Shown: positions 39,146 through 49,182, counted from the stretch's first letter. The stretch is DNA of 50,984 bases from Candidatus Aquidulcis sp. (GCA_009919005.1 RGCW01000004.1:1-50984); one strand, 5' to 3'. Made by a program: numbers and translations. The notes: generated by a model from the letters alone, not told the origin.

Positions 39146-39251
39146 TGCGGATTCCGCAGTGCGGACCGCTGTGGGGGCGATTCTAGCACCTATAGGGGGT
39201 CGAGGGTGCGGATATCGCAATCCACGAGGGATTTCCGCACGAATTGTGCGG
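39146..39251. promoter_or_regulatory. Array of 13-bp TGCGG-WWW-CCGCA sites around an extended -10 (TGCTAGAAT, minus strand)
   Basis: Sites at 39146, 39207 and 39227, half-site at 39247; -10 at 39180-39185. Confidence 0.6.
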
Positions 39252-39263
39252 GGGAGGGGCCTC

Positions 39264-39899
39264 CTAGCGGCCGGCCAGGCGCCCCGCCACGTCAATGGCG
39301 ATCAGGCTCTTGGCATCAACGACGGCACCCCGCCGAACCGCCTCAACCGCGTCTGCGATCGTCAATCGCACCGCCTCGATGGCCTCATCCTCATCGGGGC
39401 GAAGGGCGTTGGGACCGGCATCCGAGAGTTGGAGTGCCAGATACAACTCCATGCGCTCACTCGTGAAGCCGGGAGCCGTGTAGAAGCTCTGCAGATGCTG
39501 CCACTGAGCCGCTCGTAGCCCCGTCTCCTCTTCGAGCTCTCGCTGCGCAGCGGTCTTAGGTGCCTCGGGGACGCCAGCCCGGACGTCAAGGGTTCCAGCA
39601 GGTATCTCAAGCAAGAGCTGATTGGCCGGGGCACGGAACTGGCGTACGAAGAGCAGTTCGCTCTCGGGAGTGATCGCCTCACGAGTCGCCGCATCAATGG
39701 CGAGAATCGCGACGGCACCTGGGTGCCCCACGATGTACCGAACATGCTGATCGCCACCGTGGCGTTGCACCGTCGTGCGTCGCCACTCCATATAAGCCGC
39801 GTGCATCACCAGATCTGACGAGAGTACGACCTCGTTGAGATCACCCGGCTCCAAGAGTTGGGCGAGGCGCGCACCAAGCGCGTCAGTACCGAAGCGCAT
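39264..39899 (-). CDS. NUDIX hydrolase (ADP-ribose pyrophosphatase-like)
   Basis: HPGAV, VRQFR, EIPAG...AAQRELEEETG, APGF and DAKS motifs. Confidence 0.9.
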   Translation of the reverse strand: MRFGTDALGARLAQLLEPGDLNEVVLSSDLVMHAAYMEWRRTTVQRHGGDQHVRYIVGHPGAVAILAIDAATREAITPESELLFVRQFRAPANQLLLEIPAGTLDVRAGVPEAPKTAAQRELEEETGLRAAQWQHLQSFYTAPGFTSERMELYLALQLSDAGPNALRPDEDEAIEAVRLTIADAVEAVRRGAVVDAKSLIAIDVAGRLAGR

Positions 39900-39913
39900 C
39901 GTCGGTTGCGTGA

Positions 39914-40987
39914 TCAGCGAAGTGCGGCGCCGGTAGCCGAATCAAATAGATGCAACTTGCTATGTGCAAGTGCGAGCTTCACCGTGGCGCCACGCGGAGT
40001 CTTGTGCTCTGATCCGACGAGCGCAAGGATGTCACCGCTCGATGTTGAGAAGTGGAGCAGCTCTTGAGCACCGAGATACTCCACCACGTCTGCGGTGAGT
40101 TCTAGTTGCGAAGCGCCCGTGCCAGCAGGTCCGAGTTCAAGGTGCTCTGGCCGGAAGCCAAGCGTCACCGTCGTTCGACCCTTGAGCGCCGTTGCGCGGG
40201 CATCATCGATCTCTATCGTGATCTCGCCCGATTGAACCCGTCGCCCGTCAACCGTGGCTTCGAGGAGATTCATCGCTGGTGAGCCGATGAACCCTGCCAC
40301 AAAGCGATTGACCGGAAGGTCGTACAACTCCTGCGGGGTGCCGACCTGTTGCAGCCTCCCCTCGCTCATCACCGCGATTCGGGTACCCATCGTCATCGCT
40401 TCAACCTGGTCGTGGGTCACATAGACGACGGTGGTCTTGAGCCGCGCATGGAGGCGTAGGATCTCGGCGCGCGTCTGAACTCGTAGCTGTGCATCCAGGT
40501 TTGAGAGAGGCTCGTCCATGAGGAAGACCTCGGGCTCGCGTACGATCGCGCGACCGAGGGCGACGCGTTGGCGCTGGCCTCCGGAGAGCTCCTTCGGCTT
40601 GCGAGAGAGCAGCTTGGTGAGGTCAAGGATGGCTGCCGCCTCGTTGACCCGTCGCTCGATCTCACCCTTGTCGATCTTGCGCAGCTTCAGGCCAAAGGCG
40701 AGGTTCTCTCGAACGGTCATGTGCGGGTAAAGGGCGTAGCTCTGGAAGACCATGGCGATGTCGCGGTCTTTTGGTGCGATGTCGTTGACGACCTTGTCGC
40801 CGATCCGCAGCGTGCCGTCGCTGATGTCCTCCAGACCGGCGATCATTCGAAGTGAGGTGGTCTTCCCGCAGCCCGATGGGCCGACCAGCACCATGAACTC
40901 ACCGTCAGCGATCTCTAGGGAGAGATCCTCCACGGCGAGGACTTCGCCGTACCGTTTGGAAACGCCATCAAATGTGACCGTGGCCAT
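39914..40987 (-). CDS. Sugar ABC transporter ATPase (UgpC/MsmX family)
   Basis: GPSGCGKT, VFQSYALYPH, LSGGQRQR, DEPLSNLD motifs; TOBE-like tail. Confidence 0.93.
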   Translation of the reverse strand: MATVTFDGVSKRYGEVLAVEDLSLEIADGEFMVLVGPSGCGKTTSLRMIAGLEDISDGTLRIGDKVVNDIAPKDRDIAMVFQSYALYPHMTVRENLAFGLKLRKIDKGEIERRVNEAAAILDLTKLLSRKPKELSGGQRQRVALGRAIVREPEVFLMDEPLSNLDAQLRVQTRAEILRLHARLKTTVVYVTHDQVEAMTMGTRIAVMSEGRLQQVGTPQELYDLPVNRFVAGFIGSPAMNLLEATVDGRRVQSGEITIEIDDARATALKGRTTVTLGFRPEHLELGPAGTGASQLELTADVVEYLGAQELLHFSTSSGDILALVGSEHKTPRGATVKLALAHSKLHLFDSATGAALR

Positions 40988-41081
40988 CAATCGCCTCCTT
41001 GCTGGCTGGCCCCTCTATGGGGGCATCCCGCCGCTAGGCGAGTCTATCAGCGGCGTGGGGCCGGTGGCCGCGTGAGCCGAA

Positions 41082-42374
41082 TCAGGCGCGCTGCACCCCG
41101 GTGGGCATCTCTTTGATCCGCCAGACTGGGCCAAAGAGGAGTGGGATGAAGGCGAGTGACGCCCCAATCCCGCTGATGAGGAGGGTCTCCCGAAGGCCAA
41201 GGCTGACGCCGATGATCCCGCCGATGAGCGAGCCGATGGGCATCGTCCCCCAAACAAACCATCGCATCGTTGCATTCATGCGCCCCGCCATCTCGGGAGG
41301 GGTAAGTGCCTGGCGGAGGCTCACCTGATTGATGTTGTACAGGGTCCCTGAAGCCGCGCCCGCAAAGAAGCCACCCCCGATGACGAGGGCATTGAGAAGA
41401 TCGTTGCCAGGCTGACAGAAGGCGAGAAGCACGACGAGCGGCCCACTCCACGGGACCGTCAACACGATGGTGCGTCCAACCCCAAGACGCTTGGAGATCC
41501 GATCTGCCAGGAGTGCGCTGATCAGTCCGCCCGCGGAGCCGAGCGTGGCGGCAAAGCCGATGAACGCTACCGAGAGCCCCAGCACGCGATACGCAAAGAT
41601 CATGGTTACGGTGTTGCCGATGCTACTGAAGAGGTTTGAGGTTGCCGTGGCGCTGCCGATCGTCCGAAGGGCAGGATGTCCAAACACATATCTCACCCCT
41701 GCAGCGATCTCTGACCGCAGCGATCCTCGTGGCGTGGCGCTCTTTGGAGCGCTCGCATCATTCAACTCTGCAACTGACTCATGGTGTGGCTTGATCGAGA
41801 AGATGAAGAGTGCGGAGAAGACGTAGGAGACCGCATCGATGATCACCGCCATCGGTGCCTTCACAACGGCGATGAGCGCACCCGCGACGCTCGGGCCAAG
41901 GAGTCCAGCAGCTGAGCGACTTATCTCCAACTTGGAGTTCCCTTCAACAAGATCCTCCTTGGGTATCAGCGATGGCAGATATGCCTGATAGGCAACGTCG
42001 AAGAAAACGGTCAACGTACCGAGCAGCAGGCCGATGATGACCAGTTGCGGCACGGAGAGCACCCCCAAGACGTACGAGGCCGGGATCATCAAGAGCAGTG
42101 CGGCTCGCCCAAGGTCACCAGCGATCAAGACACCGCGGCGCGGGAGTCGATCGACGAGTGCCCCGACGAGAAGCCCCAGAAGAAGGAAGGGGAGCGTATC
42201 GGCCAGATTGATGGCGGCGATGTCGAGTGGGCTTGCGTTGAGCAGCTGAATCGCCACGATCGGCATGGCGAGGTTGCTGAAGTTCGAGCCGAGGTGGCTG
42301 ATCGTCTCCGCCGCCCAGAGTCGAAGGAATCCAGGATCGTTGATCAGACGGCGTCGGCCTTCGGTGACTGACAA
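41082..42374 (-). CDS. MFS transporter
   Basis: About 12 TM segments; GALVDRLPRR motif A. TTG start after AAAGGAG; the track start lies inside the tRNA. Confidence 0.88.
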   Translation of the reverse strand: MSVTEGRRRLINDPGFLRLWAAETISHLGSNFSNLAMPIVAIQLLNASPLDIAAINLADTLPFLLLGLLVGALVDRLPRRGVLIAGDLGRAALLLMIPASYVLGVLSVPQLVIIGLLLGTLTVFFDVAYQAYLPSLIPKEDLVEGNSKLEISRSAAGLLGPSVAGALIAVVKAPMAVIIDAVSYVFSALFIFSIKPHHESVAELNDASAPKSATPRGSLRSEIAAGVRYVFGHPALRTIGSATATSNLFSSIGNTVTMIFAYRVLGLSVAFIGFAATLGSAGGLISALLADRISKRLGVGRTIVLTVPWSGPLVVLLAFCQPGNDLLNALVIGGGFFAGAASGTLYNINQVSLRQALTPPEMAGRMNATMRWFVWGTMPIGSLIGGIIGVSLGLRETLLISGIGASLAFIPLLFGPVWRIKEMPTGVQRA

Positions 42375-42394
42375 GGGGCGCTCCTTTGGTGAGG

Positions 42395-42470
42395 TGGGGT
42401 GGCCAGAGGGAATTGAACCCTCATCTGCGGCTCCACAAACCGCGGTCCTAACCATTGAACGATGGCCACC
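42395..42470 (-). tRNA. tRNA-His (GTG)
   Basis: G-1 then GTGGCCA/TGGCCAC acceptor stem, C73 and encoded CCA; anticodon arm GCGGT-TTGTGGA-GCCGC; T loop GGTTCAATTCC. Confidence 0.97.
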
Positions 42471-42566
42471 AAGTGAGCCGCCATCTTACCCCGAGGCGAG
42501 GGGGGTGGGGCAGGGTAGACTGGAGGTGAGGGTTGACCGTTGATGGCGGCGCCCGAAGGGAGGGTC

Positions 42567-43256
42567 ATGATGCAGATTCGACGCGCGATGCCCGCAATGG
42601 GCCGCATTCCTGCCGCTGAATACGGCGTAACGCTCGGCGACTTCTTCTTTCCAGTCTTCCTCGGAGAGCGGCTCGGCTCGCGCCTCCAAGGGCTGGCACT
42701 GGCCGTCGTTGGCGCGGCGATCGTCGCCGCCTCCGCGCAGATCGTCATTCCAATCCCTGGCACGCCGGTGCCGATCACTGGTCAAACGTTCGGCGTCCTC
42801 CTCGTCGGTGCGGCGCTCGGCGCGCGACGCGGCCTCGCCTCGATGGCCCTCTATCTCGCCCTCGGCATCCTGGGCGCCCCCGTCTTCCGCGAGGGGAGCC
42901 ACGGTGTTGAAAAATTCTTCTCGATCACTGACGGCGGGGTATTCCAATTCGCTCCAACGGGCGGCTACCTGGTCGGCATGCTCTTTGCTGGATGGATCGT
43001 CGGACGCCTCGCCGATCTCGGTTGGGATCGCAGCGTGGTGGGGACGATCGGTGCCATGGCGATCGGCAGCATCGTGATCTACAGCGTCGGGGTGCCGTGG
43101 CTTGCCGCGGCCGCACAGCTTGATCTCGGCCTGGCGATTGAAAAGGGGGTCACCCCATTCCTTCTCGGTGACGCAATCAAACTTGCACTCGCAACAGCGG
43201 TCTTCCCTTCGGCCTGGTGGTACGTTAACCACGGTCGCAGCGACGGTCCGCGCTGA
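42567..43256 (+). CDS. bioY: Biotin transporter BioY
   Basis: PVPITGQTF, LYLALGILGAPVF, PTGGYLVG and PFLLGDAIK motifs. Confidence 0.92.
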   Translation: MMQIRRAMPAMGRIPAAEYGVTLGDFFFPVFLGERLGSRLQGLALAVVGAAIVAASAQIVIPIPGTPVPITGQTFGVLLVGAALGARRGLASMALYLALGILGAPVFREGSHGVEKFFSITDGGVFQFAPTGGYLVGMLFAGWIVGRLADLGWDRSVVGTIGAMAIGSIVIYSVGVPWLAAAAQLDLGLAIEKGVTPFLLGDAIKLALATAVFPSAWWYVNHGRSDGPR

Positions 43257-43275
43257 GTCGTCAACGACACACCTG

Positions 43276-44811
43276 ATGCGGCGGCCCATTCGCGCCGCAC
43301 TGCTCGCCATTGACCTCGGGAGCAGCTCAGTCAAGACCCTCCTGATCAGCGCGGAGAGTGGGGCACCGATCGCGATCGCTCGCCGCCCCACGGGCAGCGG
43401 TTCCGATAGCGTTGAGCAAGATCCCGAGCGTTGGTGGCGCGCCATCTGCGCAGCAACAGGTGAGGTTCTTACTGCCGCCACGATTGCAGGAGGCGAGCAG
43501 CTTGAAGTGGTAGCCATCGGCGTTGACGGACATGGACCATCCTTGGTTCCCGTGCGCGCTGACGGGAGGGCTGCGGGATTTGCCCTGATGTGGCGCGACC
43601 GCCGCTCCGCTGACGACGAGGTCGCCCTCGCTGCCGCGCTGCACCGAGGCGGATGGCTGCTCGGTGAACTTCCAAAGGCACGGTGGCTAATTCGGGAGCG
43701 CCGTGAAGTAGCGGCACAGTCCGCTTGGCTCCTCTCGTCCTGGGACGCGCTGACATACCGTCTTACTGGTGTGGCGGTGAGTTCGTTTTGGGATCCAGCG
43801 CGCCGCGTCTCGTTAGCGCAGCGCAGCGCACTCCTCGGGCTCGGTCTTGATGATCGAGCACTCCCACCAGAAGTCGCTCCTGGGACGAAGATCGGAAGCC
43901 TTCTGCCCGGTCCAGCCTCAGAGCTCGGACTACCGGCCGGAGTTCCCATTGCCGCTGGCACGAATGATGGCCTCGCCGCAGTCATCGGCGCTGGCTTGAC
44001 GGTGCCCGGAATCGGCGTTGATGTTGGTGGGACTGCGGGTGGCGTCGCCGTTTCAGCTACGCGAGCGGTTGCGACCCACATTGCTACGGCGCACCCTGGC
44101 CTCCTCTGGTCGGGACCAACCCCGACGCCGTTTGGCGACGAACGCATACTCGGCGGCGCATTCGCCGGCACTGGTCGCCTGCTGGAGTGGGTTGTCACCG
44201 ATCTGCTCGGACGGGATCCCGCCGCGGCGACCGATCGACGTGCAGACCTTTTTCGCGCGGCCGCAGCCCTACCGATCGGAGCACACGGCTTGGTCGCCAA
44301 GCCGATCCCCTCATCTGGGTTTGGGAGCCCGCACTCTGCTGACGAGGTATTTGTCGGCAGAGCGTCACATCACGGTCCAGAACACTTCGTGCGCGCGGCA
44401 ATCGAATGCGGCGCGATCGCCATCGCCAACCTACTTGCACCCGCACGTGCAGCGGGACTCCCAATTGATGAGATTCGACTCTCAGGGCCAGCGACTGGCG
44501 CCGCACCAGGTCCACTCTCGGGGGGCGAGCCAGTCCCTGCCGCGTTGGTCCAGCTTCGCGCCGATCTCTTTGAACTCCCGGTCGTGATCGGTCAGAACAC
44601 GGAAGCCTCCGCGGCCGGCGCCGCAGCCCTTGCCGGTGTCGCCGCAGGCGTGTTTGCCGACCTCCGTGAGGCGTCAGAGGCGGTCGCTGCACCAGTCGTC
44701 CGCATCGCGCCACAGGCGAATCTCCGTGACGAGGTGCATACCCTGCGAGAGCGCGTTCGCGCACTCGCGGTGGAAGAGGGAGCGAGAGGCGCGGGTCGCC
44801 GCGAGGACTAG
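43276..44811 (+). CDS. FGGY family carbohydrate kinase (xylulokinase-like, divergent)
   Basis: IDLGSSSVK, EQDPERWW, WRDRRS and EASAAGAAALAG motifs. Confidence 0.85.
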   Translation: MRRPIRAALLAIDLGSSSVKTLLISAESGAPIAIARRPTGSGSDSVEQDPERWWRAICAATGEVLTAATIAGGEQLEVVAIGVDGHGPSLVPVRADGRAAGFALMWRDRRSADDEVALAAALHRGGWLLGELPKARWLIRERREVAAQSAWLLSSWDALTYRLTGVAVSSFWDPARRVSLAQRSALLGLGLDDRALPPEVAPGTKIGSLLPGPASELGLPAGVPIAAGTNDGLAAVIGAGLTVPGIGVDVGGTAGGVAVSATRAVATHIATAHPGLLWSGPTPTPFGDERILGGAFAGTGRLLEWVVTDLLGRDPAAATDRRADLFRAAAALPIGAHGLVAKPIPSSGFGSPHSADEVFVGRASHHGPEHFVRAAIECGAIAIANLLAPARAAGLPIDEIRLSGPATGAAPGPLSGGEPVPAALVQLRADLFELPVVIGQNTEASAAGAAALAGVAAGVFADLREASEAVAAPVVRIAPQANLRDEVHTLRERVRALAVEEGARGAGRRED

Positions 44812-45947
44812 GCCTTGCGCTTCGCCTTCGCTTTTGACGTTGATGATGTGGCACCCCTTGGCTTCACCGCTGTGGCGGCCTGAACGGCACGGACGATCTC
44901 GGCCCGACCCGCGGCGGTGGTCGCGGCGGCACCATCGGCGAGTGGGAAGTGGCAGGCAACGTTGACGCTCACGTCTCGCGGCGTTGCGACAAGCTTCGGC
45001 TCCTCGGTAGAACACTTCTCGGGATTACCAAGTTGTTCGCGCAGCCAACAGCGTGTGCGGAAGCGGCAGCCAGAGGGCGGTGCGATCGGCGAAGGGATCT
45101 CGCCCGCTAGGATCAGTCGATCTTTCGCGTCGTGTGCATCAACCTTAGGCACAGCCGAGATCAGGGCGACCGTGTATGGATGTTGAGGCTTCGTGAAGAC
45201 GCGATCCACAGGTCCGACCTCTACGACTTTCCCGAGGTACATCACGGCCACGCGGTCTGAGAAGTAACCGACCACATCAAGGTTGTGGCTGATGAAGAGG
45301 TAGGTCAGCCCTTTCTCATTGCGCAGATCGGTCAGAAGATTCAAAACCTGGCTCTGAATGGATACATCTAGTGCGGAGACCGGTTCATCGAGCACGATGA
45401 ACTCGGGGTTCACGGCGAGGGCACGAGCAATGCCGACACGTTGCCGCTGACCACCCGAGAACTCATGGGGGTACCGAGACGCGTAGTTCGGGTCGAGCCC
45501 AACAAGGTCGAGTACCTCTCGCACTCGCCGCTCGCGCGTGCGAGGATCACCCAACTGGTGTGCAAGCAGCCCCTCCTCGATCTGATCTCCGATCGGGAGG
45601 CGTGGATTCAGCGAGCCAAACGGGTCTTGGAAGACGATCTGCATGCGCTTGCGCAGCGCTCGCCGGTCGGCGATGGAGAGCTTCTTGATCTCTTGGCCAT
45701 CAAAGGAGACGGTTCCTGAGGTGGCTGGCTGTAGCCCGAGTGCGACACGGCCGAGCGTTGTCTTGCCAGATCCGGATTCGCCGACGAGGCTGAGCGTTTC
45801 ACCCTTAGCGATCTCGAGGTCGACGCCATCCACTGCGCGGACTGCGAGCGGCTTGCGGATGAGTGGGATTCCACCGCGTACTTGGAAGTGGCGGGTGACA
45901 CCCACCAGCTTCAACAGGTCATGCTGATGTGCACCCTTGCTAGCCAT
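44808..45947 (-). CDS. oppF: Oligopeptide ABC transporter ATPase
   Basis: GESGSGKT, FSGGQRQR, HPYT and GCRFRTRC motifs. Confidence 0.92.
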   Translation of the reverse strand: MASKGAHQHDLLKLVGVTRHFQVRGGIPLIRKPLAVRAVDGVDLEIAKGETLSLVGESGSGKTTLGRVALGLQPATSGTVSFDGQEIKKLSIADRRALRKRMQIVFQDPFGSLNPRLPIGDQIEEGLLAHQLGDPRTRERRVREVLDLVGLDPNYASRYPHEFSGGQRQRVGIARALAVNPEFIVLDEPVSALDVSIQSQVLNLLTDLRNEKGLTYLFISHNLDVVGYFSDRVAVMYLGKVVEVGPVDRVFTKPQHPYTVALISAVPKVDAHDAKDRLILAGEIPSPIAPPSGCRFRTRCWLREQLGNPEKCSTEEPKLVATPRDVSVNVACHFPLADGAAATTAAGRAEIVRAVQAATAVKPRGATSSTSKAKAKRKA

Positions 45948-47020
45948 CAGGCTGCCCCCTTCGTGCGCGCTGGGGTCTTGCGCTTGGTTGCCGCCGATCC
46001 ATCAAGCACCTCTTTGGTGCGAATGCAGCGGACAAGGCGCCCCGCCGCGAGCGGTTCTAGCGGCGGCACATCGGTCGTGCAGGCCTCAATCGCGTACCGG
46101 CACCGAGGGGCGAACCGGCACCCCGCAGGGAAGGCATCTGGTGAGGGAACCATGCCGGTGATCGTGCTCAGCTTCTTACCTCGCGCAGCAAATGATGGGA
46201 TTGAGGTGACAAGGTCGCGCGTGTAGGGGCTCGCAGGACCGCGCAGCACATCGGCGGCGTTTCCGGTCTCCACGATCTGCCCTGCGTACATCACGGCGAT
46301 GCGGTCGGCGGTTTCGGCGACAACTCCAAGGTCGTGGGTGATGAGCAGTAGAGCGGCACCTCGTTCTGTTGTGGTGCGCCGAAGCAGGTCTAGCACCTGT
46401 GCCTGAATCGTGACATCGAGCGCCGTGGTTGGCTCGTCGGCGATGATCATTGACGGCTCACCCGCGAGCGCCATGGCGATCATGGCGCGTTGGCGCATTC
46501 CCCCCGAAAGTTGGTGGGGGAACTGCTTCGCGCGGCGGTCTGGCTGGGAGATTTCCACCTGCTCTAGGTAGCCGATCGCCAGCTTATGCGCCTCTCTCCA
46601 GCTGAGTTTGCGGTGGGCGACGATCACCTCGGCAACCTGTTCTCCAATCGTGATCACAGGGTTGAGCGCTGAAAGCGGCTCCTGGAAGATCACACCGATG
46701 CCGCCACCACGTACTGGTCGCAACTCATCTTCGCTGAGCCCAACGAGCTCGCGACCCTTGAACTTGACTGAGCCCTCGATGATTGCCTGCTTGCGGCTGA
46801 GGAGAGAGATGATTGCCATCGCGGAGACGGTCTTCCCAGAGCCCGATTCGCCAACGATCGCGAGGCATTCACCGGCGTTCAGAACAAAGGAGACCCCATC
46901 GACGACGCGGAGGATGCCGCGTTGCGTGCGAAAACTGATCCCGAGCCCGTTGACCTCAAGGAGTGGCGCAGCGGTCGCAGCGCCTCGCTTGCTGGTGGCA
47001 CCGCCCTTCACAGCGCTCAT
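45947..47020 (-). CDS. oppD: Oligopeptide ABC transporter ATPase
   Basis: GESGSGKT, LSGGMRQR and DEPTTALDVTIQAQ motifs. Confidence 0.92.
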   Translation of the reverse strand: MSAVKGGATSKRGAATAAPLLEVNGLGISFRTQRGILRVVDGVSFVLNAGECLAIVGESGSGKTVSAMAIISLLSRKQAIIEGSVKFKGRELVGLSEDELRPVRGGGIGVIFQEPLSALNPVITIGEQVAEVIVAHRKLSWREAHKLAIGYLEQVEISQPDRRAKQFPHQLSGGMRQRAMIAMALAGEPSMIIADEPTTALDVTIQAQVLDLLRRTTTERGAALLLITHDLGVVAETADRIAVMYAGQIVETGNAADVLRGPASPYTRDLVTSIPSFAARGKKLSTITGMVPSPDAFPAGCRFAPRCRYAIEACTTDVPPLEPLAAGRLVRCIRTKEVLDGSAATKRKTPARTKGAA

Positions 47021-47937
47021 GCGCGACGCCCCTCTGGCTCAAGGCTCTCACGTAGGGCATCACCAATCATGTTGACCGAGAGCGACGTCATGATGATGAA
47101 GAGGCCGGGGAAGCCGATCCACCACCAGTTACCTTGTAGCAAGAAGTCTTCGGCGTTCGACAACATATTCCCCCAGGTTGGGGTGAGGGGTGAGACGCCG
47201 AATCCAAGGTAGCTAATGAAGGCTTCGCCGATGATCGCTCCGCCCACGGCGAATGGGAACGAGACGACGACTGGGCCAACGGCGTTCGGCAGCACGTGTC
47301 GAATTGCGATCCGAATAGGACGCACGCCAAGCGCGCGCGCCGCTTCAATGAATTCCATTTCGCGCAAGGCGAGTACCTGACCGCGAACGAGGCGCGCTGT
47401 GCCCATCCAACCGAAGACCACGAAGACGATGATGACGGTCTGAAGCCCCGTGCCTCCGAGGGCGCTGAGGATCTTTGCACCAACGATGATCACGAAGAGG
47501 CTGGGGATCGCCAAGAAGATATCGACCACGCGCATCAGGAACGAGTCGAGTCGTCCACCGAAATAGCCGGCGATGATGCCGACGAGCGTGCCGATGGTAA
47601 TGGAGCCGACCGCTGCGGCAAATCCGATAAAGAGAGATGCACGCCCACCGTTAACGACAAGCATGAACACATCCAGCTGCAACTGTGCCGTCTCTCCAAA
47701 GATATGTTCAAGTGACGGACCGCGACCGAGGAAGACGTATTCGCTGGGCGTCGGAATCTCGCCAAGCTTGTATGGGGCGAAAAACGGTCCGACGACGACG
47801 AGTGCGAAGATGCATCCAAGGATGACGAGGCCCAACGGGCCTTGGCGACCCGAGAAGAAGCGACGACGCGCCTGTGCCCATGGGCTCTCGGCCTTCTGCA
47901 CGCGCGGGAGCTCCTTCGCGCTAGCGCTTGCGGTCAT
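47017..47937 (-). CDS. oppC: Oligopeptide ABC transporter permease
   Basis: EFIEAARALG..RHVLPN EAA loop; GDALR. Confidence 0.9.
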   Translation of the reverse strand: MTASASAKELPRVQKAESPWAQARRRFFSGRQGPLGLVILGCIFALVVVGPFFAPYKLGEIPTPSEYVFLGRGPSLEHIFGETAQLQLDVFMLVVNGGRASLFIGFAAAVGSITIGTLVGIIAGYFGGRLDSFLMRVVDIFLAIPSLFVIIVGAKILSALGGTGLQTVIIVFVVFGWMGTARLVRGQVLALREMEFIEAARALGVRPIRIAIRHVLPNAVGPVVVSFPFAVGGAIIGEAFISYLGFGVSPLTPTWGNMLSNAEDFLLQGNWWWIGFPGLFIIMTSLSVNMIGDALRESLEPEGRRA

Positions 47938-49028
47938 AGTCGCACCCGCGGGTCGAGAACGGCGTAGAGCAGGTCGGAGATGAGGTTGCCGATCACCACC
48001 ATGAGCGAACCGATGAGCAAGATCGCCATCAGGACTGGGTAGTCAAGTCCGTTCGTTGCTAGCAGCGTGAGCCGCCCAACACCAGGCCAGGAGAAGATCG
48101 TCTCAGTGATGAGCGCGCCGCCAAACAGGAACGGAAAGGCAAGACCAAGGTTCGTCGCGAAGGGGACGAGCGCGGTTCGCAGCGTGTGGCGGAAGATCAC
48201 GCGACGGAACGAGAGGCCCTTGGCACGAGCGGTACGCACGTGTTCGGCACTCAGCGCATCAATCACTGAGGCACGAACGTAGCGGGAGTCACCGGCAACG
48301 CTGATGATCACGAGGGTGGAGACCGGCAGGATCAAATGTCGCGCGAGGTCAACGATTGCGGTTAGCGGCGCGGAGGCAAAGTACTGCCAATAGGCCTCAC
48401 TGCCGAAGGCTGGGGAGAGTCGACCATCGGTCATGCCGCTCACCGGAGTGAGATCGAGCGTCACGGCGAAGATCCAAATCAACATGAACCCAAGAATGAA
48501 GGTCGGGAAGGTGGAGCTGACGTAGGTGACGGTTGTGACCGTGTTATCGAATTTGGAGCCCGCTCGGAGCCCTGTCCACACGCCCAAGATCACCGCCAGG
48601 GTGAGCCAGATCAGGATTGAGAGGCCGGCCAAGATCAGCGTTGGTAGCGCGGCCGAGGCGATCAGGTCGCCGACGGGCTCACCGTTTCCATACGAGTAGC
48701 CGAGCTCTCCATGAAGGATGCCGGTGTAGACGCCTGAGAGCGGGCTCGGCAAGAACGAGGGGAGACCTGTCGGTCCGACGAGGGCGTCGAGCCCGTCGGC
48801 ATCGCGTCGGCATGCACCCAGCCATCGGCAGTACTGCACAGGCACAGGCTTGTCGAGGCCGAGCGACTTGAGGTACCCCTCCTTTTGAGCGGCGGTGTAC
48901 TTCGGGTTTTCAGCGAATTTCTGCTCAGGCCCGCCTGGGGCGGCGAGGATCAGTGCGTAGATGAGCACACTCGATCCGAGCATGATCATGATGCCGAGCG
49001 CAATTCGTCGGAGCGCGTATTTGACCAT
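47934..49028 (-). CDS. oppB: Oligopeptide ABC transporter permease
   Basis: GLDKPVPVQY, RTARAKGL, ETIFSWPG and DPRVRL motifs. Confidence 0.9.
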   Translation of the reverse strand: MVKYALRRIALGIMIMLGSSVLIYALILAAPGGPEQKFAENPKYTAAQKEGYLKSLGLDKPVPVQYCRWLGACRRDADGLDALVGPTGLPSFLPSPLSGVYTGILHGELGYSYGNGEPVGDLIASAALPTLILAGLSILIWLTLAVILGVWTGLRAGSKFDNTVTTVTYVSSTFPTFILGFMLIWIFAVTLDLTPVSGMTDGRLSPAFGSEAYWQYFASAPLTAIVDLARHLILPVSTLVIISVAGDSRYVRASVIDALSAEHVRTARAKGLSFRRVIFRHTLRTALVPFATNLGLAFPFLFGGALITETIFSWPGVGRLTLLATNGLDYPVLMAILLIGSLMVVIGNLISDLLYAVLDPRVRL

Positions 49029-49103
49029 CAACCGACCTTTCTACGGGTCTGCGTTTTCAGGAGTGTAGCCCTCTACCTATTCGGATGCCACCAGGGCGAT
49101 AAA

Positions 49104-49150
49104 GCACTCGCCGCGAGTCCCTCCCGAAGGAGGACCCTCGCGGCGAGTGT
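49104..49150 (-). terminator. Long cUUCGg-capped hairpin between oppA and oppB (mRNA stabiliser or partial terminator)
   Basis: Minus strand ACACTCGCCGCGAGGGTCCTCC-TTCG-GGAGGGACTCGCGGCGAGTGC followed by TTT. Confidence 0.7.
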
Positions 49151-49182
49151 GGTTTCTACCGGAGTAGAACCCTTACGTGCTC

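Noticed and set aside
42395-42470. tRNA-His as an island integration site
   Set aside because: No integrase, no duplicated tRNA 3' end seen, and no evident compositional shift.
42486-44300. Long antisense ORFs (604 aa here; also 19964-21253, 16510-17700, 38385-39518, 12331-13185)
   Set aside because: Shadow ORFs opposite well-supported genes, expected at high GC.
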